Assembly (NCBI GenBank): GCA_963665845.2
Contig: OY762492.1
Coordinates: 3,136,001-3,200,000, forward strand
Length of the DNA stretch: 64,000 nucleotides
Direction: 5' to 3'
Source: Candidatus Poribacteria bacterium
GTDB lineage: Bacteria > Poribacteria > WGA-4E > GCA-2687025
Shown here: one piece after another, positions 10,262 to 19,776 of the stretch
How positions within the stretch are numbered: the first letter of the stretch is position 1
How the letters are laid out: each line of letters starts with the position of its first letter
Position numbers and translations under genes: made by a program
Notes under the pieces: generated by a model
Databases searched by the model: none
What the model saw: only the letters and a program-made list of their open reading frames with translations
What the model was told of the DNA's origin: nothing

Positions 10262-10378
10262 CCGTCCGCCTCCTTTGTGGATGCCCGCCGCCGATATGAA
10301 CGTCCATATCATATACAACAACGGCGCAAACCGCAAATGTTTTGAGAAAGCGGCAGTCTCTACAGGTACAGGCGATTC

Positions 10379-10560
10379 CGTCATTCCGCGCAAGCGGGAA
10401 TCTTAGCCGCCCCCATCCGCCTCGTTTCCCCAGATCGTCATTCCCGCGCAAGCGGGAATCCAGAGTCTACCACTTGCGGCTAAAAACCCCCCAGCCCCTT
10501 TTCAAGGGGGAACGATCCGCGTCCACTCTAAACCCCCCTAGCCCCCCTTTTTAAGGGGAA
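10379..10560. repeat. REP-like cluster
   Basis: Two CGTCATTCC(C)GCGCAAGCGGGAATC copies and two CCCC(T)AGCCCC-TTTTCAAGGGG-type copies; the last one supplies the stop codon of the adjacent gene. Confidence 0.85.
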
Positions 10561-11372
10561 ACGCTGGCGTCAACCTCCTTGATCAGCGTTCTCAAGTGTT
10601 CCAAATCGGCGCGCGTCTGCCGTTTCAGATGCTCAAGCCCGCGCTCATAAAAGTTGTGCATGCAGAGCGGTCCGTCGAAGCTGGTCTTCTGAACCGCCTT
10701 CAGAACCTGGCGGTAATCGACGGCGCCTTCGGCAAGCGGCGTCCATCGGCGCGTCCATTTTCCGTCCGCCGTTTGAAAAAACGCCGCATTTTTCACCCCC
10801 AACATGCAGAGATAGTCGCCCAGTATGTCGAACCCGATCTCCCAGTTCTCGTACCCCTCTTGGCAGATCATGTTGCCGGGGTCGTGGTGAACGCCGATAT
10901 AGGCGGGGTTCAGCCCTTCAACGAGGCGGATTGACGCGCTGGCGCTTGGGTGAATGGAGCCGCCGTGCGTCTGTAAAAAAGCGCGTATCCCATGCTTTTC
11001 GCCGATTCGCTCCCATCCGTCAAAAAAACGTTTGGCGCGGTCAAGGTCGCTGCGGTATGTTTTCGGACCGCGGTATGGGATATGCTTCAGACGGAACTGC
11101 CGTATGCCGTTTTCCGCCATGGCGGCGGCGCCCGCTTCGGCGCCCGGCTCGTTCGGGTCCAGATATTCGGTCGTCGCGTTCTCCGCCGACAGACCAAAAT
11201 CGTACATCGTACGTACGAAATGGTACAATGTTCGGGGCAGATTGGACGGCGTTATCCAGTAACCGTCCCGCGCCATGACGTCGACTCCGTCAAAGCCGAG
11301 GCGGTTCAACTCGCTTGCCAACTGCGGTACGCTCAGTTTTTGGAAGAATCTCGGAAAGACAATGCAATGCAT
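10551..11372 (-). CDS. Sugar phosphate isomerase/epimerase (xylose-isomerase-like TIM barrel)
   Basis: GFDGVD, QTHGG, HHDPGN, PLAEGAVDY, FDGPL motifs typical of the AP_endonuc_2 family. Confidence 0.85.
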   Translation of the reverse strand: MHCIVFPRFFQKLSVPQLASELNRLGFDGVDVMARDGYWITPSNLPRTLYHFVRTMYDFGLSAENATTEYLDPNEPGAEAGAAAMAENGIRQFRLKHIPYRGPKTYRSDLDRAKRFFDGWERIGEKHGIRAFLQTHGGSIHPSASASIRLVEGLNPAYIGVHHDPGNMICQEGYENWEIGFDILGDYLCMLGVKNAAFFQTADGKWTRRWTPLAEGAVDYRQVLKAVQKTSFDGPLCMHNFYERGLEHLKRQTRADLEHLRTLIKEVDASVSP

Positions 11373-11440
11373 GAACCCGCTCCTTTGAATGAAAGCCTGC
11401 GCTCATCAAGCAATAACAAGCAACAATCGTGCCAACTCGT

Positions 11441-12364
11441 ATGAACGCGGTACCGACGTTCCTGCTCATCGCCGCGACAGCGCTCTGGGGCGCGACTTTT
11501 GTCGTCGTGGACGAGGCGATCCAGGCATACGGCTTCTTGAGCTTTTTGGCGGTTCGGTTCGCCTTGGCGACAGGCGGGCTGTTTCTGTTCGCTCTGTTTA
11601 AAATGACGCGCCGCGATTTCTTCGTCGGGCTCATGCTCGGCTTGCCGATCGCGCTCGGCTATTTTTTACAAACCTGGGGCTTGAAATACGCCTCGCCGAC
11701 GAATTCGGGACTCATCACGGGCTGCGTCGTTCTAATCGCGCCGATCCTGGACAAGGCGCTGTTTCAAAAACCTGTGTTGAAGACGACCGCCGTCTTTGCG
11801 CTGGCGGCGTTGGGCGGACTCGCCTTGATGACCGGCGCGTCGCCGGCGGAGGCGCGCCTGGGCGACCTGTTGACGCTCGGCTGCGCGTTCGGCTTTGCGC
11901 TGCATTTGACGCTCACCTCCCGCTTTGCGCCCGGTTTGAACGCGGTCGCGTTGACCTTCGCGCAGATGCTCGCGTGCGCCGTTCTGTTTTCCGCCGCGGC
12001 TCTTCTTTTTGAGGGCGTTTCCGCGCCGCCGCCGTCTGTCTGGCCGGGGCTGCTGTTGACGGGGCTTGGCGCCTCTGGCGTCTGCTACTTTATCTTGACC
12101 TACGCGCAGCAGCGCATCTCTTCCGCGCGGACAGCGATGCTGCTGACGCTGGAATCGGCGTTTGCGCTCCTTTTTGGCTTATGGCTCGGCGGCGACCGGC
12201 TTTCCTTAATACAATGGATCGGCGCCGGCGCGCTGCTGGTCTCCATCGCCGCGCATGAAGCGGCGGCTCTCCTGCGCGGCGGAAGCGCTAATGAATCCGA
12301 CGCTGAACCGCCTCCTGAATCTGCGCGACGCTCTCCCATTCGCTCCCAGGACCGTCAAAGATGA
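11441..12364 (+). CDS. DMT/EamA family transporter
   Basis: LWGATF, RFALA, GDLLTLGCA, LESAFA; about 10 hydrophobic helices; alternative GTG start at 11429. Confidence 0.9.
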   Translation: MNAVPTFLLIAATALWGATFVVVDEAIQAYGFLSFLAVRFALATGGLFLFALFKMTRRDFFVGLMLGLPIALGYFLQTWGLKYASPTNSGLITGCVVLIAPILDKALFQKPVLKTTAVFALAALGGLALMTGASPAEARLGDLLTLGCAFGFALHLTLTSRFAPGLNAVALTFAQMLACAVLFSAAALLFEGVSAPPPSVWPGLLLTGLGASGVCYFILTYAQQRISSARTAMLLTLESAFALLFGLWLGGDRLSLIQWIGAGALLVSIAAHEAAALLRGGSANESDAEPPPESARRSPIRSQDRQR

Positions 12365-13139
12365 GCGAATAGGGACCGTTGAAATCGGCGTCGTCCGCAA
12401 GGTCGAGGCACTTTTCAAAATCTTCCCGCGCCATCTGTCCGGCTGTCGGATAATGCGCCTTCGCATGCAGCACATTCGCTCTAGGGATGATCTGGGCGAG
12501 CTGGTCGTATTTGCTGCCGCCGCTGTAGTTGCCGAAGTCGGCGCACAGCCCGACCTTCCCTTCGCACAGGTCTAGAATGGCGAGCAGATTTTCCGCCGTT
12601 TTCGTCAGCGGTCTGAAATTTTCGGTGTTCACCTGAACGCCCGTTTCAGCGGCTTCGCGGGCGAGCGCGAGAAGCGTCTCGGCGCTTTGCCGAATGACAG
12701 GGTGATCTTTCGCGCCGCCGTTTTGCGCGCCGATGTCCATACCGCCGGCGACGACGCGCGCATGCGACGCCCCAATCTGCGCGGCGATCCGTAGCCAAAA
12801 CCGAATCGTTTCGATCTCTTTTTGCCGCTGATCATCGTCCGGATGCGCGATGTCGCCTGTGTCGATGAGCAGGCTGTACAGTTCGATGCCCGCCTCGTCC
12901 AGCGCGGCGCGGAACTCCTCCAGATAGGCGTTCTCAAGCGAAGGGAAATGGAAGTGGCATACCTCCAGGGCGGCGATGCCACGTTTTTGAAGCTCGGCGG
13001 GCGTTTCCAGCAGCGACAGGTTGCCGGCGCCGGCGCCGTTCGGGATCATCTCTTTTGACCCATGCTCCGCTTGTCGATACATCGCTCCAAGCTCGCGGTG
13101 AAGCGTCCATGTTGAGATGGCAAGTCTGCGCATTGGCAT
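12288..13139 (-). CDS. Sugar phosphate isomerase/epimerase family protein
   Basis: LAISTWTL, LEVCHFH, TENF, DFGN, HAKA, LIFDG; start placed at ATG 13139 after GAGG. Confidence 0.82.
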   Translation of the reverse strand: MPMRRLAISTWTLHRELGAMYRQAEHGSKEMIPNGAGAGNLSLLETPAELQKRGIAALEVCHFHFPSLENAYLEEFRAALDEAGIELYSLLIDTGDIAHPDDDQRQKEIETIRFWLRIAAQIGASHARVVAGGMDIGAQNGGAKDHPVIRQSAETLLALAREAAETGVQVNTENFRPLTKTAENLLAILDLCEGKVGLCADFGNYSGGSKYDQLAQIIPRANVLHAKAHYPTAGQMAREDFEKCLDLADDADFNGPYSLIFDGPGSEWESVAQIQEAVQRRIH

Positions 13140-13225
13140 GTTCCTCTTGATGAATGCGTCTATTTGAAGCCTATTTTGACGGGCGGATTGGCTCGTGTCA
13201 AGCGAAGCCCGCGTCTGTAATAGGC

Positions 13226-14938
13226 TCACTCCTCCTCGCCGCTGTCGTCATTCTCCTCCTCGTTCGGCGGCTGCCGTTTCAGACGCTCCTGCTCATCAAA
13301 GCGGCGGAAGACCCGCTCAACCTCCTCGCGCGAATGGCGTTTGCGGACGGCGTTGTAAGCGTCCTGGGCATGCTGGGCGTCGCCCGCTTTGGCGAAGGCG
13401 CGCGCCATGGCTAGCAGCGCGTTCATGTAGCCTTCGGGCGTCGCCTCGGAGAGACCGTACTCCATCTCAAATGCGCTCTGGTATGCCTTTGCAAAGTCGG
13501 CGTATGCCGCCGCCATGTCCATCTCCGCGCCGGGCGGAGGAGCGGGAGGCGAGCCTTCAGGGCGCGGCGCGTCCGGCGTATCTGGCGTGTCCGGCGGCTC
13601 CGGGGCGTTCGGCTGGCGCTGCGGCGGTGTTTCAGGGGTCTCGCTTGGCGGCGCAGGTTCTGGAGGCCCTTCGGTAAGACGCTCGGCGGCGCGTTCCTCC
13701 CAGATGGACGGGTAGCCGCGTTCCCCCCGCTCTATCCTTTTATAGCGCCCATAAGCGTACATATCGCCGGCGGCGTACGCCTTCTGAAACTGATCCGCCG
13801 CTTCATACATCATGTCCAGACGCTCATAGGCGTTGCCAAGTGTGCGATGGAATAATGAACTGGAATGCAAGCCATCCTCCGGCAATAAGCGGGAGATCGC
13901 CTCAACCGTTTCTTCAGGATAACTTTTAAAAGTGATGCGAACACCCTCTTTCACCGCCCTTTCGTCATTCGGATGATATTTGAGGAGACGCCGCGCCGAT
14001 TCGATCGCATCATTTAGACGTTCTGCCGAACGCGCTTTGATGATCAACGCGTCGCGGGAGGTCGGATCCGTCGCCAAAACACGGTCCGCGTATTCCGCCG
14101 CATACTTAACCTCTCTTCTCCACGGCTCCCCGACCTCCTCTGCAAAATCTGAAGAATAATAGCCTCCTTTTCCGCCGCCATACAGGTACTTGGCGGCAGT
14201 CAGGTCGTCCATTCCTTCCACCAGAATCTCGATCACCGCCCGCGGCGTTCTTCCGTTTTCTTCGCGGTGTTCGACGCTTCCATATCGGTTGTAGAAGTAT
14301 TCGCGGATTCGGTTCTCTTTATCCGAAAGGCTTGGATCGCGTGGATCGTAGTTGGGGTTGGACGGATCGGAGCCGTAGGAATGAGGCTTCCCCAGCGCAA
14401 AATCCCGCATCTCTTGAATATGCCCCTTCAGTTCTTCGCCGCTGTAGTTTCTCAGGAAGATGAAGTCTGTATGGAGCTCGCTGGCAATTGCGTCGTCGTC
14501 TTTGCCGTCTTGGATCCGCTTCGTTCCGATCCAGACAAGCCATTCATGAACCTGCGGATCGGACGCGCGCTCATTGTCAATGTACAGCAGCGTCAGATGG
14601 ATCGCAAGCCGCTCGCTTGGGTCGGACGACGCCCATTCCTCCAATAACCGGATCCACTCCTCGGGCAGGTCGTCCGCGTCATCGTCGAATCCTGTTTGCG
14701 TGATTTCGCGGTAGGCGTCCATCCATGCTTTCACCTTCTCGGCGTCGGCGCCTTGGACAAGCTCATGCTGCGGCTCGGATCCGGACGCGCCTTTCGGGTT
14801 GTCTGTTGTATTGGACGAAGCAGGATCGTCCACGCGGAAAAGAATTGCCGCCGCAACCGCCAAAGCGGCCAGCAAGACAGCGCCGACCAGAAGCGCGAGG
14901 CGCGCCCTGCGGCGTGATGAGCGTTGCGTCGTTTTCAT
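13226..14938 (-). CDS. Membrane-anchored TPR-like protein, array member A
   Basis: MKTTQRSSRRRARLALLVGAVLLAA anchor, TPR-like LGNAYERL...EAADQFQKA, Pro-rich linker, conserved C-terminal domain MAAAYADFAKAYQSAFEMEY...DEQERLKRQPP. Confidence 0.85.
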   Translation of the reverse strand: MKTTQRSSRRRARLALLVGAVLLAALAVAAAILFRVDDPASSNTTDNPKGASGSEPQHELVQGADAEKVKAWMDAYREITQTGFDDDADDLPEEWIRLLEEWASSDPSERLAIHLTLLYIDNERASDPQVHEWLVWIGTKRIQDGKDDDAIASELHTDFIFLRNYSGEELKGHIQEMRDFALGKPHSYGSDPSNPNYDPRDPSLSDKENRIREYFYNRYGSVEHREENGRTPRAVIEILVEGMDDLTAAKYLYGGGKGGYYSSDFAEEVGEPWRREVKYAAEYADRVLATDPTSRDALIIKARSAERLNDAIESARRLLKYHPNDERAVKEGVRITFKSYPEETVEAISRLLPEDGLHSSSLFHRTLGNAYERLDMMYEAADQFQKAYAAGDMYAYGRYKRIERGERGYPSIWEERAAERLTEGPPEPAPPSETPETPPQRQPNAPEPPDTPDTPDAPRPEGSPPAPPPGAEMDMAAAYADFAKAYQSAFEMEYGLSEATPEGYMNALLAMARAFAKAGDAQHAQDAYNAVRKRHSREEVERVFRRFDEQERLKRQPPNEEENDDSGEEE

Positions 14939-15012
14939 CGTCTTGACTCGTTCCAAGTTGCTCAGCGCGTCTAGGAACAGCATAACGCCTCGGCGCTAGA
15001 GCCGCAAGCCGT
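14939..15012 (-). repeat. Conserved ~74-nt leader element, copy upstream of member A
   Basis: CGGCTTGCGGCTCTAGCGCCGAGGCGTTATGCTGTTCCTAGACG...CAAGACG-ATG. Confidence 0.85.
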
Positions 15013-15036
15013 TCACTCCTCCTCGTCGTCATCCTC

Positions 15037-16566
15037 CTAGTCATCGTTCGGCGGCTGCCGTTTCAGACGCTCCTGTTCGTCAAAGCGGCGGAAGACCTTC
15101 TCAACCTGCTCGCGCGAATGGCGTTTGCGGACGGCGTTGTAAGCGTCCTGGGCATGCTGGGCGTCTCCCGCTTTGGCGAAGGCGCGCGCCATGCCCAACA
15201 GCGCGTTCATGTAGCCTTCGGGCGTCGCCTCGGAGAGGGAGTATTCCATCTCAAACGCGCTCTGGTATGCCTTTGCAAAGTCGGCGTATGCCGCGGACAT
15301 CTCCGCCTCTAAGTTGGGCGGAGGAGGGGGAGGCTCCATGCCGCGCGGAGTTTCCGGCGGCATCGGCGCGTCGGGCGGACGCTGCGATGGCGTTTCAGGG
15401 GTCTGGCTTGGCGGCGCAGGTTCAGGCGGATTGACGGCAGCGCGTTCTTCCCAGATAGACGGAAAGGCGCGTTCCCCATGCGCCAGCATATGATACCGCC
15501 AACTTCCAGCTGTTCTGCCGGCGGCATACGCCTTCTGAAACTGATCAGCCGCTTCATACAGCATGTCCAGCCGCTCATAGGCGTTGCCGAGATACATATG
15601 GTAAGCGGATTTGGAATGCAGACCGTCCTCCGGAAGAATACGCGTGATCGCCTCAATCGCTTCTTCGGGATGATTGAGATACAGCTCGCCGCCCGCTTCG
15701 AGAGCCGCGCGCTTGTCGTCCGGATGATGCTCAGCCAGAAGCCGCGCCGACTCGATCACATCAACTCCCGAATGTATTTTCACAATCAACGCATCGCGCG
15801 AGGTTGGGTCTTTCGCTAAAACGCGGTCGGCGTATTCCGCAGCATACTCTTTTTCGCGCGTGCTCCAGTACTCCCCTTTCACCTCAGGAAAAAGACTGCC
15901 AGACACCGCGTCAATCAGATACTTGGCGGCGGTCAGATCGTCCATCCCCTCCACCAGAATCTCAATCACAGGGCGCGGCGTTTTCCCGTCAACCTTGTAA
16001 GCGAGTGTATTGTACCCGAAATTGTCGTGGAAATACTTGCTGATGCGATTCTCTTTCGCTGAGAATTCCGGATTGTACTGCCAGCCGTCGCTTTCGGTCT
16101 CGTCGTACAGATGGTCTTCCCGCGATACTTCGATGTACCTTTCCAGCTCTCTCGGATTCTCAATCTCCCGCATGTCCCAAAGATCCATGTCAAGAAAACT
16201 GACGATATGACCGTCCTCTTTCCCGTCGGCGATCATCTTGTTTCCGTACTGCACAAGCCATTCGCGAATCTTGGGATTCGATTCGGGTCCTCTATGGTCG
16301 TACAGGGTCTGGAGTATCTTTGCCAAGCGGGGGCTGATTTCAGCTTGCTCTTTCTCCTGCGCGACGCCCCCTGCGTCGGGGGCTACAGTCTCTTCTCTCG
16401 GCTCGGAGCTGCCGTCAGCTTTCAGCGCGTTCGTTTGCGCGGCGGGGTCTGTCTCGTTTGCGCGAAAAAGAAGCGCGACGCCAATCGCCAGCGCCGCCAG
16501 CAAAACGGCGCCGACCAACAGCGCGAGGCGCGCCCTGCGGCGTGATGAGCGTTGCGTCGTTTTCAT
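15037..16566 (-). CDS. Membrane-anchored TPR-like protein, array member B
   Basis: Same N-anchor and C-terminal domain as A; TAG removes the acidic tail. Confidence 0.85.
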   Translation of the reverse strand: MKTTQRSSRRRARLALLVGAVLLAALAIGVALLFRANETDPAAQTNALKADGSSEPREETVAPDAGGVAQEKEQAEISPRLAKILQTLYDHRGPESNPKIREWLVQYGNKMIADGKEDGHIVSFLDMDLWDMREIENPRELERYIEVSREDHLYDETESDGWQYNPEFSAKENRISKYFHDNFGYNTLAYKVDGKTPRPVIEILVEGMDDLTAAKYLIDAVSGSLFPEVKGEYWSTREKEYAAEYADRVLAKDPTSRDALIVKIHSGVDVIESARLLAEHHPDDKRAALEAGGELYLNHPEEAIEAITRILPEDGLHSKSAYHMYLGNAYERLDMLYEAADQFQKAYAAGRTAGSWRYHMLAHGERAFPSIWEERAAVNPPEPAPPSQTPETPSQRPPDAPMPPETPRGMEPPPPPPNLEAEMSAAYADFAKAYQSAFEMEYSLSEATPEGYMNALLGMARAFAKAGDAQHAQDAYNAVRKRHSREQVEKVFRRFDEQERLKRQPPNDD

Positions 16567-16640
16567 CGTCTTGACTCGTTCCAAGTTGCTCAGCGCGTCT
16601 AGGAACAGCATAACGCCTCGGCGCTAGCGCCGCAAGCCGC
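16567..16640 (-). repeat. Conserved leader element, copy upstream of member B
   Basis: Fills the whole gap between the TGA of C and the ATG of B. Confidence 0.85.
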
Positions 16641-18128
16641 TCACTCCTCCTCGCCGCTGTCGTCTTCCTCCTCGTCCCCGCCGCTCGGCGGCTGCCGTTT
16701 CAGACGCTCCTGCTCATCGAAGCGGCGGAAGACCTGCTCAACCTCCTCGCGCGAATGGCGTTTGCGCACGGCGTTGTAAGCGTCTTGGGCATGCTGGGCG
16801 TCGCCCGACTTGGCGAAGGCGCGCGCCATTCCGAGCAGCGCGTTCATGTAGCCTTCGGGCGTCGCCTCGGAGAGACCGTACTCCATCTCAAACGCAGTCT
16901 GGTATGCCTTGGCGAAGTCGGCGTATGCCGCCGCCATGTCCATCTCCGCGCCGGGCGGAGGAGGGGGCGGCGCGCCTTCAGGGCGCGGGGCGTCCGGCTC
17001 TGGCGCGTCCGGCGGTTTCGGGGCGTCCGGCTGGCGCTGCGGCGTTTCAGGAGTCTCGCTTGGCGGAGCAGGCTGCTGCGCCGATTCAGCGGCGGCAGCG
17101 GCGCGCGCCTCCCAAATGAGCGGAAACGGCTCGCCCCGCTCAAGTCGAATGATATTGCCGCCAAGAGGAACGAATCCTGCCTCTTTCGCAAGAAGATACT
17201 GATCCAGCGCCTCCGCATACAAGCCTAACCTTTCATAAGAAACGCCAAGTTTGTTGTGAAGACGACCATCAACAGCTCCTTTTGCCTGGTCAAGATAAGG
17301 CGCAAGCGCAGCAATCGTTTCTTCCGGGTGGTTATAAGAAAATGTACGCGTTGCGACGATGAGAACCTCTTCATCGTTTGGATGATGCTCTATGAGTTGA
17401 CGGGATACCTCGGCGGATTCAGCCATGTTGTGTTTGAGAATCAGCGCATCGCGCGAGGACGGATCCTTCTCAAGAGCGCGGTTCACATACTCAAGCGCGT
17501 ATTCCCGCTCTCGTAGCCACCCCCATCCGTCAGGAGGATCCGCCAGATGGCGCGCGGCGGTCAAATCGTCCAGCCCCTCCACCAGAATCTCAATGACGCG
17601 GCGCGGCGTTTTCCCTCTCGGATTGAATGTGCCGTACTCCTCAAAGATCGCTTTCCGAATCAGATTTTCGCGCGCCGACAAATGCGGTTTCCATCGCCAC
17701 ACATAAAATCTGCTGAAGTTTCTCACATACTCGTCCCGCTCTTCGGGCGGCAGCTTCTCCAGATCCTTCCGCATCATTTCAAGGCGTTGGACAACAGATT
17801 CATCATTTCGTTTATGCGGCGAAATCTGGCTGCGCACAATCTCAATCCACCGGTCCGCGCTGTAACGGAACGAGAAGTCGGCTGTCTTGAGTTCGGCGTT
17901 GGAGCCGCTTTCTCCGCTTTCGGTCGACTTGGAGACAGGCTCATCAGGCGCGTCTACAGGCGTGGTCTCCTTCTGGACGGCGGTCGGCGCGTCAACCGGC
18001 GTCTCATGTTCTGCCGTTTGCGTTGACGCGCGCATAAAGACTGCCGCCGCGATCGCCGCCAGCAAAACGGCGCCGACCAACAGCGCGAGGCGCGCCCTGC
18101 GGTGTGATGAGCGTTGCGTTGTTTTCAT
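16641..18128 (-). CDS. Membrane-anchored TPR-like protein, array member C
   Basis: MKTTQ start at 18128; near-identical to D outside a central patch. Confidence 0.85.
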   Translation of the reverse strand: MKTTQRSSHRRARLALLVGAVLLAAIAAAVFMRASTQTAEHETPVDAPTAVQKETTPVDAPDEPVSKSTESGESGSNAELKTADFSFRYSADRWIEIVRSQISPHKRNDESVVQRLEMMRKDLEKLPPEERDEYVRNFSRFYVWRWKPHLSARENLIRKAIFEEYGTFNPRGKTPRRVIEILVEGLDDLTAARHLADPPDGWGWLREREYALEYVNRALEKDPSSRDALILKHNMAESAEVSRQLIEHHPNDEEVLIVATRTFSYNHPEETIAALAPYLDQAKGAVDGRLHNKLGVSYERLGLYAEALDQYLLAKEAGFVPLGGNIIRLERGEPFPLIWEARAAAAAESAQQPAPPSETPETPQRQPDAPKPPDAPEPDAPRPEGAPPPPPPGAEMDMAAAYADFAKAYQTAFEMEYGLSEATPEGYMNALLGMARAFAKSGDAQHAQDAYNAVRKRHSREEVEQVFRRFDEQERLKRQPPSGGDEEEDDSGEEE

Positions 18129-18201
18129 CGTCTTGGACCGATCCAAGTTGCTAAGCCGTCTAGGAACAGCATAACGCCTCGGCGCTAGCGCCGCAAGCCG
18201 C
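18129..18201 (-). repeat. Conserved leader element, copy upstream of member C
   Basis: Same core GCCGAGGCGTTATGCTGTTCCTAGACG. Confidence 0.85.
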
Positions 18202-19701
18202 TCACTCCTCCTCGCCGCTGTCGTCCTCATCCTTGTCATCGCTCGGCGGCTGCCGTTTCAGACGCTCCTGCTCATCAAAGCGGCGGAAGACCTGCTCAAC
18301 CTCCTCGCGCGAATGGCGTTTGCGGACGGCGTTGTAAGCGTCCTGGGCGCGCTGGGCGTCGCCCGCTTTGGCGAAGGCGCGCGCCATTCCAAGCAAGGCG
18401 TTCATATAGCCTTCAGGCGTCGCCTCGGAGAGACCGTACTCCATCTCAAACGCGCTTTGGTACGCCTTGGCGAAGTCGGCGTATGCGGCCGCCATGTCCA
18501 TCTCCGCGCCGGGCGGAGGAGGGGGCGGCGCGCCTTCAGGGCGCGGGGCGTCCGGCTCTGGCGCGTCCGGCGGTTTCGGGGCGTCCGGCTGGCGCTGCGG
18601 CGTTTCAGGAGTCTCGCTTGGCGGCGCAGGCTCCTGCGCCGATTCAGCGGCGGCAGCGGCGCGCGCCTCCCAAATGAGCGGAAACGGCTCGCCCCGCTCA
18701 AGTCGAATGATATTGCCGCCAAGAGGAACGAATCCTGCCTCTTTCGCAAGAAGATACTGATCCAGCGCCTCCGCATACAAGCCTAACCTTTCATAAGAAA
18801 CGCCAAGACTGTCGTGAAGGCTTCCATGGACAGCTCCAACAGCTCCTTTTGCCTGATCAAGATAAGGCGCAAGCGCAGCAATCGTTTCTTCCGGATGGTT
18901 GTAGTCAAGAGCGAGTGATGCGTACCAAAGCGCCTCTTCGTCTTTCGGATGATATTTAATGAGTTGACGCGCGATCTCAGCGGCATTCGTCCCTGGAAGA
19001 TAGCGTTTGAGAATCAGCGCCTCGCGCGAGGACGGATCGTTCTCAAGAGCGCGGTTCACATACTCAAGCGCGTATTCCCGCTCTCTTTTCCACCCCCAGC
19101 CGTCAGGAGGATTCGCCAAATGGCGCGCGGCGGTCAAATCGTCCAGCCCCTCCACCAGAATCTCAATGACGCGGCGCGGCGTTTTCCCTCTCGGATTGAA
19201 TGTGCCGTACTCCTCAAAGATCGCTTTCCGAATCAGATTTTCGCGCGCCGACAAATGCGGTTTCCATCGCCACACATAAAATCTGCTGAAGTTTCTCACA
19301 TACTCGTCCCGCTCTTCGGGCGGCAGCTTCTCCAGATCCTTCCGCATCATTTCAAGGCGTTGGACAACAGATTCATCATTTCGTTTATGCGGCGAAATCT
19401 GGCTGCGCACAATCTCAATCCACCGGTCCGCGCTGTAACGGAACGAGAACTCGGCGGTCTTGAGTTCGGCGTTGGAGCCGCTTTCTCCGCTTTCGGTCGA
19501 CTTGGAGACAGGCTCATCAGGCGCGTCTACAGGCGTGGTCTCCTTCTGGACGGCGGTCGGCGCGTCAACCGGCGTCTCATGTTCTGCCGTTTGCGTTGAC
19601 GCGCGCATAAAGACTGCCGCCGCGATTGCCGCCAGCAAAACGGCGCCGACCAACAGCGCGAGGCGCGTCCTGCGGTGTGATGAGCGTTGCGTCGTTTTCA
19701 T
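18202..19701 (-). CDS. Membrane-anchored TPR-like protein, array member D
   Basis: Same architecture as A-C. Confidence 0.85.
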   Translation of the reverse strand: MKTTQRSSHRRTRLALLVGAVLLAAIAAAVFMRASTQTAEHETPVDAPTAVQKETTPVDAPDEPVSKSTESGESGSNAELKTAEFSFRYSADRWIEIVRSQISPHKRNDESVVQRLEMMRKDLEKLPPEERDEYVRNFSRFYVWRWKPHLSARENLIRKAIFEEYGTFNPRGKTPRRVIEILVEGLDDLTAARHLANPPDGWGWKREREYALEYVNRALENDPSSREALILKRYLPGTNAAEIARQLIKYHPKDEEALWYASLALDYNHPEETIAALAPYLDQAKGAVGAVHGSLHDSLGVSYERLGLYAEALDQYLLAKEAGFVPLGGNIIRLERGEPFPLIWEARAAAAAESAQEPAPPSETPETPQRQPDAPKPPDAPEPDAPRPEGAPPPPPPGAEMDMAAAYADFAKAYQSAFEMEYGLSEATPEGYMNALLGMARAFAKAGDAQRAQDAYNAVRKRHSREEVEQVFRRFDEQERLKRQPPSDDKDEDDSGEEE

Positions 19702-19776
19702 CGTCTTGACCGTTCCAAACGGCGTTCACGGCGTCTAGGAACAGCATAACGCCTCGGCGCTAACGCCGCAAGCCGC
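19702..19776 (-). repeat. Conserved leader element, copy upstream of member D
   Basis: Same core with a variant loop (CCGTGAACGCCGTTTGGAACGG). Confidence 0.85.

Noticed and set aside
12288-12364. 77-bp convergent overlap of the EamA and isomerase genes as a regulatory feature
   Set aside because: The EamA tail is low-complexity run-on sequence, most simply explained by stop-codon loss.
16641-19701. Diversity-generating retroelement acting on the TPR-like array
   Set aside because: No reverse transcriptase or template repeat is seen; C/D differences involve all bases and indels rather than adenine-specific changes.
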